A program made the position numbers and the translations under genes. A stretch of 64,000 bases of DNA from Eledone cirrhosa (taxonomy: Eukaryota): the NCBI GenBank assembly GCA_964016885.1, contig OZ024761.1:5084001-5148000 (forward strand). The letters are read 5' to 3'. Positions within the stretch are counted from its first letter, which is position 1. Each line of letters starts with the position of its first letter. This document shows, one piece after another, positions 32,590-46,714 of the stretch. Below the pieces are notes generated by a model. That model was not told the origin of the DNA. It was given only the letters and a program-made list of their open reading frames with translations, and did not search any database.

Positions 32590-33200
32590 GGAATTGTCCG
32601 ACCGCTTCCTCTTCGCACCGGTTGCCCTTGAGACCCCAGGTGTACTTGGACCCCGTACTGCCGAACTCCTCCGCAAAATCAGAACGTCAGTAGCCCGTCT
32701 GAGGAAGAAGCCCCGCGAGGTGGGGCGGCTGTTGCAGCGGGTGTCGCTGGCCATTGTCCGCGGGGTGCAGCCCCAATGCCACCGCGCCCTAGGCCCAGAG
32801 CCCATCACCCTCCCATTCTTCTGTGACCTTCGGCTGCGAAGAGGAAGTAGCTGGACAATCCCCGGTATTTGTTTATTTTCCGTTCCTCTGCGAGGCGTGC
32901 CGCAGTATTGGGTTTTGTGGTCGAAGTGACTAAGTTGGAGGCGGAGAACGTGTCACAACATGTCGTGTCCCAGATGAGGGATCTAGCTAATTCGAATGGG
33001 AAGAGGGTGATTCCATCGAGACGCTTGTCGTCTCCGCGGTCAAGTCCTGTTGGCTCCTATAATTGTAATGTTTTATTCACAGCTGTTTAAAATATATATA
33101 AATGCTGCGAGTGTAATGGCTTGCCTCAAAGATGTGATGTGCGGCCGATTGTCCCACTTGGTAGTGAATTTGCTCCCCCCCCCCCCCCGCCATTTTTTTC
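32590..33200 (+). mobile_element. CRE-like non-LTR element 3' fragment (restriction-like endonuclease C-terminus); second copy on - strand ~14200-14500
   Basis: FAPVALETPGVLGP...LLQRVSLAIVRG resembles the CRE-clade RLE end; shared ccctaggcccagagccc..ttcttctgtgacc and poly-C tract. Confidence 0.6.
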
Positions 33201-33609
33201 TTCCTTTTTCATATATTTTTTTATTTCTCTTTCATACATTTATATTTATATATAACATTTGTGTTTGAGTTTTCGTTCTGTAAGCAGTATCCGTAGAGGG
33301 TCAAACGCCATGCTCTGCAGCAAAGAGTTACGGCCCTTTATGGTCTGAGTTCAAATCCCGCTGAGGTTAACTTTGCCTTTCACCCTTATGTAGTTGATAA
33401 GATAAAGTACCAGTAATACACTGAGGTAATTGCTGGCCTTGTGCCAAAAGTAGAAACAATTATTATAGACTTATAATGTATCCTATACGTCAGTGGTTTC
33501 CTCACAATAGAAATTATTCAGTAATAAAAATACTAAAAAACTATTCAATATTGAAAGTCTTTAAACAAGATTTAATTATTATTGCTATTTCTAATGGTGC
33601 GACGTCACC

Positions 33610-35258
33610 TAAAAAAATAAACGCAACCACGCCTCTCCTGGTCTTGATGGTGTTACGTACCTGCTTCTTAAACGTGGTGGGTACCTCCTTCTGCACCAGC
33701 TATCACGCTTCTTCCAATTCTGTCTGAACAACGGTGCTACTCCAGAACAGTGGAAAACTGCCAGTGTCATTCCTCTGTTCAAAAAGGGTGACCGCACATC
33801 ACCTGTGAACTATCGTCCAGTCAGTCTTACTAGTTGCATTGCCAAACTGATGGAATCCTGTGTCTGAGAAACACTTTGGAACTTCTGGAACTCTCACAGT
33901 CTTATCCGGCCCTCGCAATTTGTATTTATCCCCAACTCCAGCTGCTGTGATCAACTTATCGAGTTTCTTGATGTCATCACCCGGATCACTGATCGCGGCT
34001 CATGGGTGGATGTTGTTTACCTTGACTGCGAAAGCTTTCAATTCTGTGCCACACAAAAGGCTTATGGCAAAACTCTCTGCAATGGGTGTGAAGGATGATC
34101 TTTTTAACTGGTTGAAGTCCTTCATTCTCAGTCGAAGAAAGGTAGTCACGGTTCTGGGACAGCATTCCTCACCATATGAGATGTCATCTGGTGTACCACA
34201 GGGATCTGTTCTTGGCCCCCTTTTGTTTGTGGCATATATTAATGACATAGATGGCAACTTAAAGAATACCACAGTAATAAAGTACACAGATGACATCAAG
34301 CTGTACCTTGAGATAAAAAGGACAGATCCTGAACACTATAGATCTTGCTTGCAGTCTGACCTGGACACAATGCAACAATGGATCTCAGACTGGCAACTCA
34401 AGCTAGCTGTGGACAAGTGCACCACCATGCATTTTGGGAGTAAAAACCCAACGTCCACATACTCCCTCCACAGCACTAATATCAAGAAGTTTTCTTGTGA
34501 ACGTGACCTGTGCATTACGGTCAGCAGCGATTTGCGTTGGACAAAACACGTCTCTAAAATTGTCAAGAGGGCTGAGGGTGTCTTAGCATCACTCAGCAAG
34601 ACCTTTGTCAGCCGCTCTCCAGCTATCTATTTAAGGCTGTACATGGCTATGGTGCGGTCACACTTAGAATTTGCATCACCAGCCTGGAACCCCTATCTTG
34701 CTCAGAACATTGACCGCCTGGAAACTGTTCAGAGAGGTGCAACCAAGCGAATACCCTCCATCAGGCATCTACCATACTCTGAACGCCTTGCTTCCCTGGA
34801 CATGGATACATTGAAGCTCCGACGCCTGGCAACTGACTTGGTAAACACCCACAAAATTGTTAACCATCTTGCCAACAACAACCCTGAGTACCTTTTTGAT
34901 TTCCATGTATCTAACACACGTGGATATGTCCACAAAGTCAGAAAACAGCAGTTCCCATGACTTGCGGAAACATTTTTTCACGTTCAGTGTTGCTGAAGCA
35001 TGGAACAAACTACCTGCATCAGTTGTTAGCTGTCGAGACATTGCATCCTTTAAAACTTTCATGCTTCCCGAGATTCGCCAACACTACACCTAATGTTCCC
35101 TCTCCATACACATACACACATGTATATCATGACTCATACACTATTCACTTCTCTGACATTTGTATATTATTCTATGTACTATACATGCACCTTTGACGAG
35201 TTGTAGTGCACCTGAGCACTTTACACAATAATTTCATCATCATTATTATTATTATTAT
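33610..35258 (+). mobile_element. CR1-like LINE, 5'-truncated RT region
   Basis: SPGLDG, VIPLFKKGDR..NYRPVSLTS, GVPQGSVLGPLLF, YTDDIKL; (ATT)n tail; frameshifts and stops. Confidence 0.92.
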
Positions 35259-35387
35259 AAATAAATAAATAAATAAGGAAATCATTATTATTATTATTAT
35301 AATTAATCAACAAAATGTTTTCTTATGATCGGATTGATAAATAAAGGAGATAACTGTGGACAGGTTTAAGTCGTAATGTGACAATTT

Positions 35388-35460
35388 ACGCATGCGCATA
35401 ATCACATTTGAAAAAAGTTTAAAAAACCGAAAACGAGGTTGATTTTAAAGATGTCGGCGG
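35388..35460 (+). promoter_or_regulatory. Putative NSL1 core promoter motifs
   Basis: NRF1-like ACGCATGCGCA (~35388-35398), CHR-like TTTGAA (35407-35412), YY1-like AAGATGTCGGCG at the start codon. Confidence 0.45.
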
Positions 35461-35624
35461 TAAACGGAGTTGACGAAGTGAAGATGTGTACCCCTGTAAA
35501 CGGTGGCTGTCACTCTTTAGAAGATATCTGTGATGTAGTTTGTGTGGAAGCAGGCAAGATCTTTGATAAACAATCACGTCTCACATTGGTTGAGAAACAA
35601 TTATATAAGAAAAGTTTCTCGAAG
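35451..35624 (+). CDS. NSL1: NSL1-like exon 1 ([11 protein letters not shown]...LYKKSFSK)
   Basis: AAGATGTCGGCG start, strong AG|GTAAGT donor, non-repetitive ORF behind promoter motifs. Confidence 0.8.
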
Positions 35625-36107
35625 GTAAGTTGATCAGAAGCCGTTCCTCGTTGTTTATATACATACATACATATACACACACATATATATATATATATAG
35701 GAAAATAGTCAGGACCCCAACGGCTGAGCTCCAGCCGTTTCGACAGCTAGATCCGAACTATATATATATAGTTTTCATTCTAATCCCTTTATCCATTCAC
35801 CTCTTCACAGCTGTATTTCGATAACAACTGAATAATAGAATGAACGTGTATATATTTATCTTTATCGAGCCCTCTTTGGATTTTAGTCCTCAAATTTGTT
35901 ATTATTACTATATATATATATATATATCTCAACCTGATCAGTTCTATCGTTACTTTGGTATATATTGTGTTAGATTCGCCTACCACAATGTTCGATTTGT
36001 CAAGCTATTTAAACGTATGTTATTACTCTAAGGCCCCAACTCATCATTTCATATAAGTAGGCCGAATTTACTTGCAAACCGCCAGAGATTCGATTTTACT
36101 ATTTTCC

Positions 36108-36173
<66 letters not shown>

Positions 36174-36323
36174 GTAACTTTCTTTCCGTATTGGCCCAGG
36201 CCATGCCTTACTTAAGTACAACCTGGCATACGTATATATATATATATACGTATAGGTAGGTATTCAATAGGTTTGTGTATATATATATATATATACACAA
36301 ACCTATTGAATACCTACCTATAC

Positions 36324-36375
<52 letters not shown>

Positions 36376-37246
36376 GTATAGGTAGGTATTCAATAGGTTT
36401 GTGTATATATATATATACACAAACCTATTGAGTACCTTTTTTTTTTATTGTGGTTACCTCCGATTTCATTCGGGATCTCTTACTTTCTCAGTATGTTTAT
36501 ATATATATATATATCATCATCATCATCGTTTAACGTCCATGTTTCCACGCTGGCATGGGTTATATATATATATAACATACACATACATACCCCCTTCCCC
36601 CGAAATGTCTTGCCTGTATAGGTAATCAAAGTGTGTATACATTTTGGGGACACATTGTATATCATCATCATCATCATCATCATCATCGTTTAACGTCCAT
36701 CTTCCACGCTTGCATGGGTTTGGACGGGAGTTTTCCCACTTGAGGCAAGAGTGGTTGGCTTGCTCGCATAGGACTGTCTGGCGGGTTTTCTACGGCTGGA
36801 TGCCCTTCCTAACACCAACCACGTTTACAGTGTGTGGCTGGGAGGTTTTTACCGTGTTACCTACACGGCCACATTACAGCGTGGACTGTCTGGCGGGTTT
36901 TCTACAGCTGGATGCCCTTCCTAACACCAACCACGTTTACAGTGTGGACTGGGAGGTTTTTACCGTGTTGCCTACACGGCCACATTACAGCGTGGACTGT
37001 GTGTTTTTTTGTCGTGACACCTACAAAACCTCATTTGTTTCGGACTGGATGTTGTGGTACCAACATAACTTTACATTGAAAGGGGTGGTGTGGATGGGGT
37101 GGGGATAGTGGGACGGAGGTGTATTTTTGTTAGAGGTGCCTACTGACTGTAGTAGGTTTCACTTTGTACTTAGGTAAGGCGGGTCTTCTGTATTACTGCG
37201 TAGCGCCAAAGATCTCGGTCCAGTGACATGGTCTTGGAGAGGTGTG

Positions 37247-37291
<45 letters not shown>

Positions 37292-40200
37292 TGTAGTAAA
37301 AGTTTGGTAGAAATATCCAAGGGTAAGAGACTCAGTCCATAGGATGAGTTAAGTGTAATTAATTACAAAAGTGACATTGTAATTATTTATATGTAATTAT
37401 TTATGTGTGTGTGTATATATACCTATATATGACATTAAGGGCTCTGGAATGGAGAGTGAAAGTATTTGGCTACTGCGAGAGATTTTAAGTATTTGAATAT
37501 TGGGTGCTGGAATCTTCACCCCTATTAGATTCTCAGTCTTCTTTAATACACCCTGAAAGAAGATTAGCACTGGTAGTTACATCGATACAACATGGACGTA
37601 ATGGCCTTGTCTGAAATGAGGCTCTCTGAAGAAGGCCCCTTCACAGAACAGTCTGGTGGTTACACCTTTTATTGGAGAGGAAGAGCAGAAGGATGCAAGA
37701 GGGAGGCTGGTGTAGCATTTGCCATTAGAAATCCTCTAGTTTCTAAACTGGAGCAGTTTCCATGTGGAGTAACTGATCACTTTATGTCAATGAGAATTCC
37801 ATTATCAAAGAACAGGTTTGTCACTCTAGTGGGTGTATATGCCACAAGCATGAGTTCTACTGAGGACGTAAAATTCTCTTTTTATCTCTCACTGAAGGAA
37901 CTAGTCCATACAATTTCTCAGGCTGACAAAGTTGTCATTCTGGCTGACTTCAGCGCTAGAGTTGGCAAAGATTATAAAACCTGGGATGTGCTTGGAAAAC
38001 ATGGATTTGTAAGGTGCAATAGCAATGGTTTACTGCTGCTACAGATGTGTCATGAGTTGGATCTGTACACAGCAAACACCCTGTTTCAACAAAAAGATAA
38101 ATACAAAACCACCTGGGTACACCCAGGCTGAAAGTGATGGCATGATTGAATATAATCTTGTTCATAGGTGTGATGTGTTAAGTGTTAGGGTTATGTGGGG
38201 AACTGAATATTGGACTGATCATTGTCTGGTTTGTGCAAAGGTGAAGTTTGCTGTGAAAGCAAAGGTTAGGGTCTGCAGTCTGAGTATACTAAAGGAAGTA
38301 AGTGTGGTTTGTCTAAAAGATGACATCATTAAGGTAGAGCTGGTGAAGAGAATGGATGACATTCAATGAGTTCAAAAGTCTGGAAGGATATTCTGGGCTT
38401 AGCTAACTTCTCCATCAATATTTGATTATATATATATATATACTAGCAAAAGAGCCTGTCATTGCCAGGCACATCTTTCACCACTGTAAATAAAGACCTC
38501 CTCTCTCCTCAATATGGCTGTCTTTAAATAGCTCCAGAATTCTGCTATTTTAGGGGAGAGAAAGATTTAAATTATATGTTGACATCTCTGGGAGCTAAAT
38601 AACCTATGTATCAAATTTGAACAAAATTGGATGGAAACTGGAAATGCATCGACTGCATACAGACAGACAGACCATTTCATTTATTTATGGAGGCATATGG
38701 CTTACTGGTTAGAGCATTGGTCTTGCAATCGAAAGGTTGTGAGTTCAATTCTCAGACCGGGTGATGTGTTATTTCCTTGAGCAAGACACTTTATTTCACA
38801 TTGCTCCAGTTTACTCAGCTGTAGCAATGAGATGATAGGACTAGGGTCCATATCATTCCACTGCAAACTGGTCGTGGAGGTGCAACGGCAAAAAAGCACC
38901 CAGCACTCACTGTAAATGAGGTTGGTGTTAGGAAGGGCATCCAGCTGTAGAAATCAAGCCAGAATCAGTTCCCGTCCCACCCTTGCAAGCAGGGAAAAGC
39001 GGACGTAAAATGGCGATGATGATATATATTGAAAATTACAAACATATTAAAAACCTCATTATACAGAAGAGTGGGAATAACTTTACACAACAAAAGTTAT
39101 TCCCACTCTTCTGTATAATGGTATTTTTTAATATGTTTGTAATTTTCTATATACACTCAGTAAATTGTTACACTTGGAAACTATATAACTACCATAGGAT
39201 CTACCAATTGGAATAATTTGTATGATCAGTAAAATACTACTATAAGCCGTCTTTGATTCTTGTTGAACAATCAGATTAATTGATTTCACTAACGGAAATT
39301 GAATAATATGATAATTCTAAATAATATCATCATCATCACCATTTTATGTCCATTCTTCCACGCTAGCATGGGTTAGACGAGTTGCCCTGTTGTGGGCAAT
39401 GCTAGGTCACGTAATCATGTCTTGTTCACACAGAATTGATTTTGGCTTGGTTTCTACAGCTGGATGCCCTTCCTAACACCAACCTTATTTTCAGTGTGGA
39501 CTGGGTGCTTTTTGTTGTGATACCTACATGACAACTTTACAGTGTGTGCTAGGTCCTTTTTGTTGTGACACCTACATGACCACTTTACAGTGTGTGCTGG
39601 GTGTTTTTTGTTGTGACACCTACACAACCTCCTTACAGTGTGTACTGGGTGTTTTTTGTTGTGACACCTACATGACTACTTTACAGTGTGTACTGGGTGT
39701 TTTTTGCCATGACACCTACATAGCCACTTTACAGTGTGTACTGGGTGCTTTTTGTTATGATACCTACATGACCACTTTACAGTGTGTACTGGGTGCTTTT
39801 TGTTGTGATACCTACATGACCACTTTACAGTGTGGACTGGGTCCTTTTTGTTGTGACACCTACACGACCACTTTACAGTGTGTGCTGGGTGTTTTTTGTT
39901 GTGACACCTACATGACTACTTTACAGTGTGTACTGGGTGTTTTTTGTTGTGACACCTACACGACCACTTTACAGTGTGTACTGGGTGTTTTTTGTTGTGA
40001 CACCTACATGACTACTTTACAGTGTGTACTGGGTGTTTTTTGCCATGACACCTACATAGCCACTTTACAGTGTGGGCTGGGTGCTTTTTGTTGTGACACC
40101 TACATGACTACTTTACAGTGTGTACTGGGTGTTTTTTGCCATGACACCTACATAGCCACTTTACAGTGTGGACTGGGTGCTTTTTGTTGTGACACCTGCA

Positions 40201-42218
40201 CAACCACTTTACAGTGTGTACTGGGTGCTTTTTGTTGTGACACCTGCACAACCACTTTACAATGTGGACTGGGTGCTTTTTGTTGTGACACCTACACGAC
40301 CACTTTACAGTGTGGACTGGGTGCTTTTTGTTGTGACACCTACATAACCACTTTACAGTGAGTAATGGGTGCTTTTTGTTGTGACACCTACACAACCACT
40401 TTACAGTGTGGAATGGGTGCGTTTTGTCGTCATACTTATACGACCCCTATACAGTGGGCGATGTGGCAGGGCATACTGTATATATGTTTCAGCTTCGGCC
40501 TGTGCCCATGGGAAGTCAGGTCTTCTGTATTAATGCTTAGCGCCAGAAATCTCGGTCCTGTGTCATCGCCTTTGAGAGGTGCAATTATATATATATGGAG
40601 GCACATGGCTTAGTGGTTAGAGCATTGGCCTTGCAATCGAAAGGTTGTGAGTTTGATTCTCAGACCGAGTGATGTGCTGTTTCCTTGAGCAAGACACTTT
40701 GCTCCAGTTTACTCAGCTGTAGAAATGAGATGATGGGACTGGGGTCCATATCATTCCACTGCAAAGTGGTTGTGGAGGTGCCACAACAAAAAAGCATCCA
40801 GTACTCACTGTAAATGAGGTTGATGTTAGGAAGGGCATCCAGCTGTAGAAATCAAGCCAGAATCAGTTCCCGTCTCACCCTTGCAAGCAGGGAAAAGCGG
40901 ACGTAAAACGATGATGATGATGATATAATTATATACTCGTCTGAACCCATGCTAGCGTGGAAGATAGATGTTAAACAATGATGATGATGAAAGATTAAGG
41001 TTGATATAGCTACTGTTGGTTTTAATTATGAGTCTTAGCTGTGTATAGAAAGCTGCAAAGAGTAAATACTTTGTATACGGAAGAGCAATGGAACGTGGGA
41101 TCTTCAAATATATGTTCTTTTCTAGCATAAATAATACCTTATATGTAGAGGGTGGGTGGAAAGAAACTCCCTATTGATAATTATACTATTATTATAGAAC
41201 ACCCACTTAGTTTCAGTTATGAAAATACTTCTAAATTTTGGCCTACAGTGATCATGTGGGATAACAGCAATGACCTTATGTAAGATGGGGCCCACTCCTT
41301 ATTTTGCATGCACTGTCTGTGTGTGGCTTTATGTCCAACTTCTAACAGATGAAAACCCCAAACTCTGACCAGCATACTGCCAGAGTTCCTGATGAAGTCA
41401 GGATGTATCCAGACAATTACAAACACTGGTAGAATGTTTATACTACTGTACTTCTCCCATTACCGTGTTAATGGAAGTTATCAATTAACTGTATCAGAAC
41501 CCTCTGAACATTTGCAAAAAAAAGAATAATAATAATGAAAATATTGTGTACAGTGCTCAGGTGCACTATATAGGTGTTATATTACTAATTAGACCTGTAC
41601 ATTTCCTAGGTGTTATATTGCTAATTAGACCTGTACATTTGACAGGTGTTATATTACTAATTGGACCTGTACATTTCCTAGGTGTTTATATTGCTAATTA
41701 GACCTGTACATTTCCTAGGTGTTTATATTACTAATTAGACCTGTACATTTCCTAGGTGTTTATATTGCTAATTAGACCTGTACATTTCCTAGGTGTTTAT
41801 ATTGCTAATTAGACCTGTACATTTCCTAGGTGTTTATATTGCTAATTAGACCTGTACATTTCCTAGGTGTTTATATTGCTAATTAGACCTGTACATTTCC
41901 TAGGTGTTTATATTGCTAATTACACCTGGCATTTGATACTGTTAATTAGACCTGTACATTCCCCATACATTTCTGGTCCTATTTGAATCTCTTGTACACC
42001 CATAGTCTACATATGGTAGAAAAAAATACCCCTACCCTCATCTTTTTCTGTATCTTGAGCACAGCCATTTCTTTGATGCCAGTAAAGTTATGTCTTCTTT
42101 CCTGGCAACTGAAACTCTTGTCTTAGCTTTGATTTTAGGATTTACTTCCAAATTCCTTGACAGATTCAACTATAAGGTGGCAAATACATAATTTATGTAG
42201 GTGTTACTGGTGTATATA

Positions 42219-42261
<43 letters not shown>

Positions 42262-45200
42262 TGGCTGCCAACTCGTTTTCGAGTACGGCCACTACTTTAT
42301 ATCCATGTAGGAGAACCCCTACCGATGCGCTGAACGAGTGTGACTTTTTAGTCCAGCCAGCGACTTGAAAACTCTGGTACAAACACTACACCTGTGACAA
42401 TTACTGACACATAGTGCTGGGCCCATGGTACCATGTGATGACAAGTGCAGAGAGATCTCCAGATACAAAGCAATGCCTGTGCCGTGAAGCTTTTATAGTG
42501 AGCAAAGGCACTGCACAAAACCAGTCCCACTTTCTTAACCAAGATGATATTTACCAAAAAGAAGAACAATTCAACATCATTGGATACCATCAGGGTTGCA
42601 GGTGTTATATCAGAGTTTTCCTTCTCCTAGAATATATATATATATACATACATACATACACATACATGCATGTAGTGTTATCATCATCATCATTTTACGT
42701 CCACTTTTCCCAGCTTGCAAGGTTGGGACGTGTCTTCTTCAGCACAGCATCTCTCCATTTGTCATAGTCCCTTGTCATCTCCTCTGTGAGCTTTAGTGAC
42801 TTGAGGTCAGTTCTTACCACCTCTGCCCATGTTTTTCGTGGTCTTCCTCTATTGTGGCTTCCTTCTACTGGGATTTCTTGTCACTTCTTCACCCAGCTGT
42901 CATCTTCCATGCACCTCACACGGCCATACCAACGCAGTCATCTCTCCTGCATACTATAGTTTATCCTCTGCAGAGCATCCCCTTTACTTTTGTAACTGCT
43001 GCACCAGTTTAGTTCCTACTTCTCCTGGTGCCTTTAGCATCTCAGCAACTGTCCCTGATGGTCCGGCAACCTTACCACTTTTCATTTCCTTAATTGCCTC
43101 TTTGACCCTATAGTCGCGTCAATCTCAATAGTTGGTCCCTCTGTTGGGTCTACTGGGGGTAGTTTCTCTCTCTCCCATTCGTTCTCCACATTCATCAGTC
43201 TCTCATAATGACATTTCCAGGCCTCCTTTTTCTGAGCATCAGTGACGCTAACTGCACCAGCATCATTTCGGACACACTTATCTCCAGCAACATTCTGATT
43301 TACACAGACACATTGCCTTGCAACACTGCCCGTCTCTGATTCTCTCATCGCAGAACATTGGCAAACCTCTTACTCTCAGCTTCCCTGTGTGCTAAGTATA
43401 CCTGACGTCTAGCCTCTCTTTTAGCGGCTGACTATCGGCCTCTACCCCCCCCCCCCCCCTATTTCCAATCCTCCCATGCTTGTCTTTTGTCTTTAATGGC
43501 TCTATCTACTGTGCTGTTCCACCATCGGGTCACCCTCTGTCAGGTTGCTCGCAGTAGATTGTCATATAAGAAATTCCAGTTATCTTTTATGTCATACAAT
43601 TCTAATTTGTCTTCTTTTTCGTCATACACATCTTGAAGGGCTTTCCTAAATTTATATTTAAGTGAAAAGTTTTTTAGCTTCCAGACCTTCCTGTATGTCT
43701 CATTCTATCTCTTGCTTATTGAGATGTCACTCACAACTAACCTATGATGGGGTGTACAATCTTCCCCAGGGTATGCTTTAGTATTCGAAACCATCTGTCT
43801 GTCTCATTTCCTAATGAGCAAGAAGTTAATCTGGCTTATGTGCTCGCCTGATTGGTAGGTTATTAGGTGATTGGCAGGTTTCCTGAAGTTAGTGTTGCAA
43901 ATGCATCACTTGCATCACAAAATTCAAGAAGCCTCACTCCTTCGTTTCTTGAGCTTTAACCATAACCACCATGTACCCCAGTGTATCCATCCGGGAGCTG
44001 TTCAACATGACCATTGAAGTCTCCTACTAGTATAACTAGGTGTCTGTCCTCTTTCATTATGTTTGTAAAAGCAGTCCTTCTCTTCTTTACCTAGGCCAGC
44101 TTAGGGAGCATAGATAGAGGTAATTGCCTACAACTAATCTAATCTTAATTATTCTATTACTGACTCTAACTGCCTCTATTATCTTGTTGATCCACTTCTC
44201 AGCCAGTAAAATGCCCACCCCACCTAACCCATCATTATTTCTTCCACAGAGAAGCTTATAGCTAAGCTGTTTACCTGTGATTAGCCTTGCTGAGGCACCT
44301 CTCCATCTCACCTGTTGCACGCAGCATATACATATATGCAGTGTATATGTCTATTAAAAGCTGACTTTGCACAATTACACCTTGCTAAAGTGATGACACA
44401 AGACCGTGATCTCTGGCGCTATGCAGTATTACAGAAGACCCATCCTTCCATATGCACAAGGCATTTATCTAGTATGCAAAACTTTCCCTATCATTACCCC
44501 TCCCATGCTGTAATCATCCCACCCAATTCCCCAAGCATCTTCCCCAACCCACACTATTAGCGAACCCCCTGGAAACTAGACTAAAGCACTCAGTCCACAC
44601 TGTAAAGTTGTCATGTAGATGTCACAACAACAAGCACCCAGTCCACACTGTAAAGTGGTCATGTAGATGTCACAACAACAAGCACCCAGTCCACACTGTA
44701 AAGTGGTCATGTAGGTGTCACAACAAAAAGCACCCAGTCCACACTGTAAAGTGGTCATGTAGGTGTCACAACAAAAAGCACCCAGTCCACACTGTAAAGT
44801 GGCCGTGTAGGTATCACGACAGAAAGTACCCAGTCCACACTGTAAAGTTGTCATGTAGGTGTCACAACAAAAAGCACCCAGTCCACACTGTAAAGTGGTC
44901 GTGTAGGTGTCATGACAAAAATCACCCAGGACTCACTGTAAAGTGGTAGTGTAGCTGTCACAACAAAAAGCACCCAGTCCACACTGTAAAGTGGTCATGT
45001 AGGTGTCACAACAAAAAGCACCCAGTCCACACTGAAAAGTGGCTGTGTAGGTATCACAACAGAAAGTACCCAGTCCACACTGTAAAGTGGTCATGTAGGT
45101 GTCACAACAAAAAGTACCCAGTCCACACTGTAAAGTGGTCATGTAGGTGTCATGACAAAAATCCCCCAGGACTCACTGTAAAGTGGTCATGTAGGTACCA

Positions 45201-46651
45201 CGACAGAAAGTGCCCAGTCCACACTGTAAAGTGGTCATGTAGATGTCACAACAACAAGCACCCAGTCCACACTGTAAAGTGGTCATGTAGGTGTCACAAC
45301 AAAAAGCGCCCAGTACTAACTGTAAAGTGACCGTGTAGGTACCATGACAGAAAGCACCCAGTACACACTGTAAGGTGGTCATGTAGGTGTCACAACAAAA
45401 AGCACCCAGCCCACACTGTAAAGTGGCCGTGTAGTTATCACGACAGAAAGTACCCAGTACACACTGTAAAGTGGTCATGTAGGTGTCACAACAAAAAGTA
45501 CCCAGTCCACACTGTAAAGTGGTCATGTAGGTGTCAACAAAAATCACCCAGTCCACACTGTAAAGTGGACATGTAGGTGTCACAACAAAAAGCACCCAGT
45601 ACACACTGTAAAGTGGTCATGTAGGTGTCACAACAAAAAGCACCCAGTCCACACTGTAAAGTGGTCATGTAGGTGTCACAACAAAAAGTACCCAGTACAC
45701 ACTGTAAAGTGGCCGTGTAGGTACCACGACAGAAAGCACCCAGTCCACACTGTAAAGTGGTCATGAAGGTGTCACAACAAAATTGTACCCAGTACACACT
45801 GTAAAGTAATGTAGGTGTCACAACAAAAAGCACCCAGCCCGCACTGTAAATGTGGTTAGGAAGGGCATACAGCCGTAGAAACCAAGCCAAAATCAGTTCT
45901 GTATGAGCGTAACATGAGGCTTCGACCTGATCTGTCGCTTGCCTAACTCACTAACACCCTCTCTCTATATTAAAATCAAGAAGACTGGAGAATTTTATAG
46001 TCAAAGGGAAATAAATCTTGTTACTTACTTAAAGAAGACTTGCACGATTTATTTCCCTTGGACTGTTATTTGAATTTGTTTCAATGTTTGCGACACCAAG
46101 ACTCCAGGTCTTTACTCGGTTGCTCTACCAGTTAAAAATACTCCGAACAAAATAAATAAATAAAACCAGACTAAAACATCAACGTATTCACCAAAATCAC
46201 ATTCACAACTCTTTAAGACATTTCTAATGAAAAACAACGAAGGAAGTTTAAAATAGAAATATTCGTACAAAAACGTAAACATTCTCAGCAGACGATAGTT
46301 CTGTGTGTGTGTGTGTGTGTGTATGTATGTGTATGTGTGTGGTTGGTGTGTGTGTGTGTATATATTACGTCGGTGTGTTTGTGCTTATATTTGAGTGTGT
46401 GTGTTTATATATATAATAAGAGACATATATATATGTATTCGTACATCTTCATTTTATTATCTAATTCATAGTAGAATGAATTAGATAATAAAATGAAAAT
46501 GTACGAATAAAACCGTCTCCCTTATTTATTATATTAAAACTCCGGACGATACTTTATGGAGAAAATCCGAACGAACACAAACCGTGGAGTGATTCACATC
46601 TGTTTAAGAAAAAGTCGGCAGATTTTGATCAACCAACTTTCTTCAACTAAA

Positions 46652-46714
<63 letters not shown>

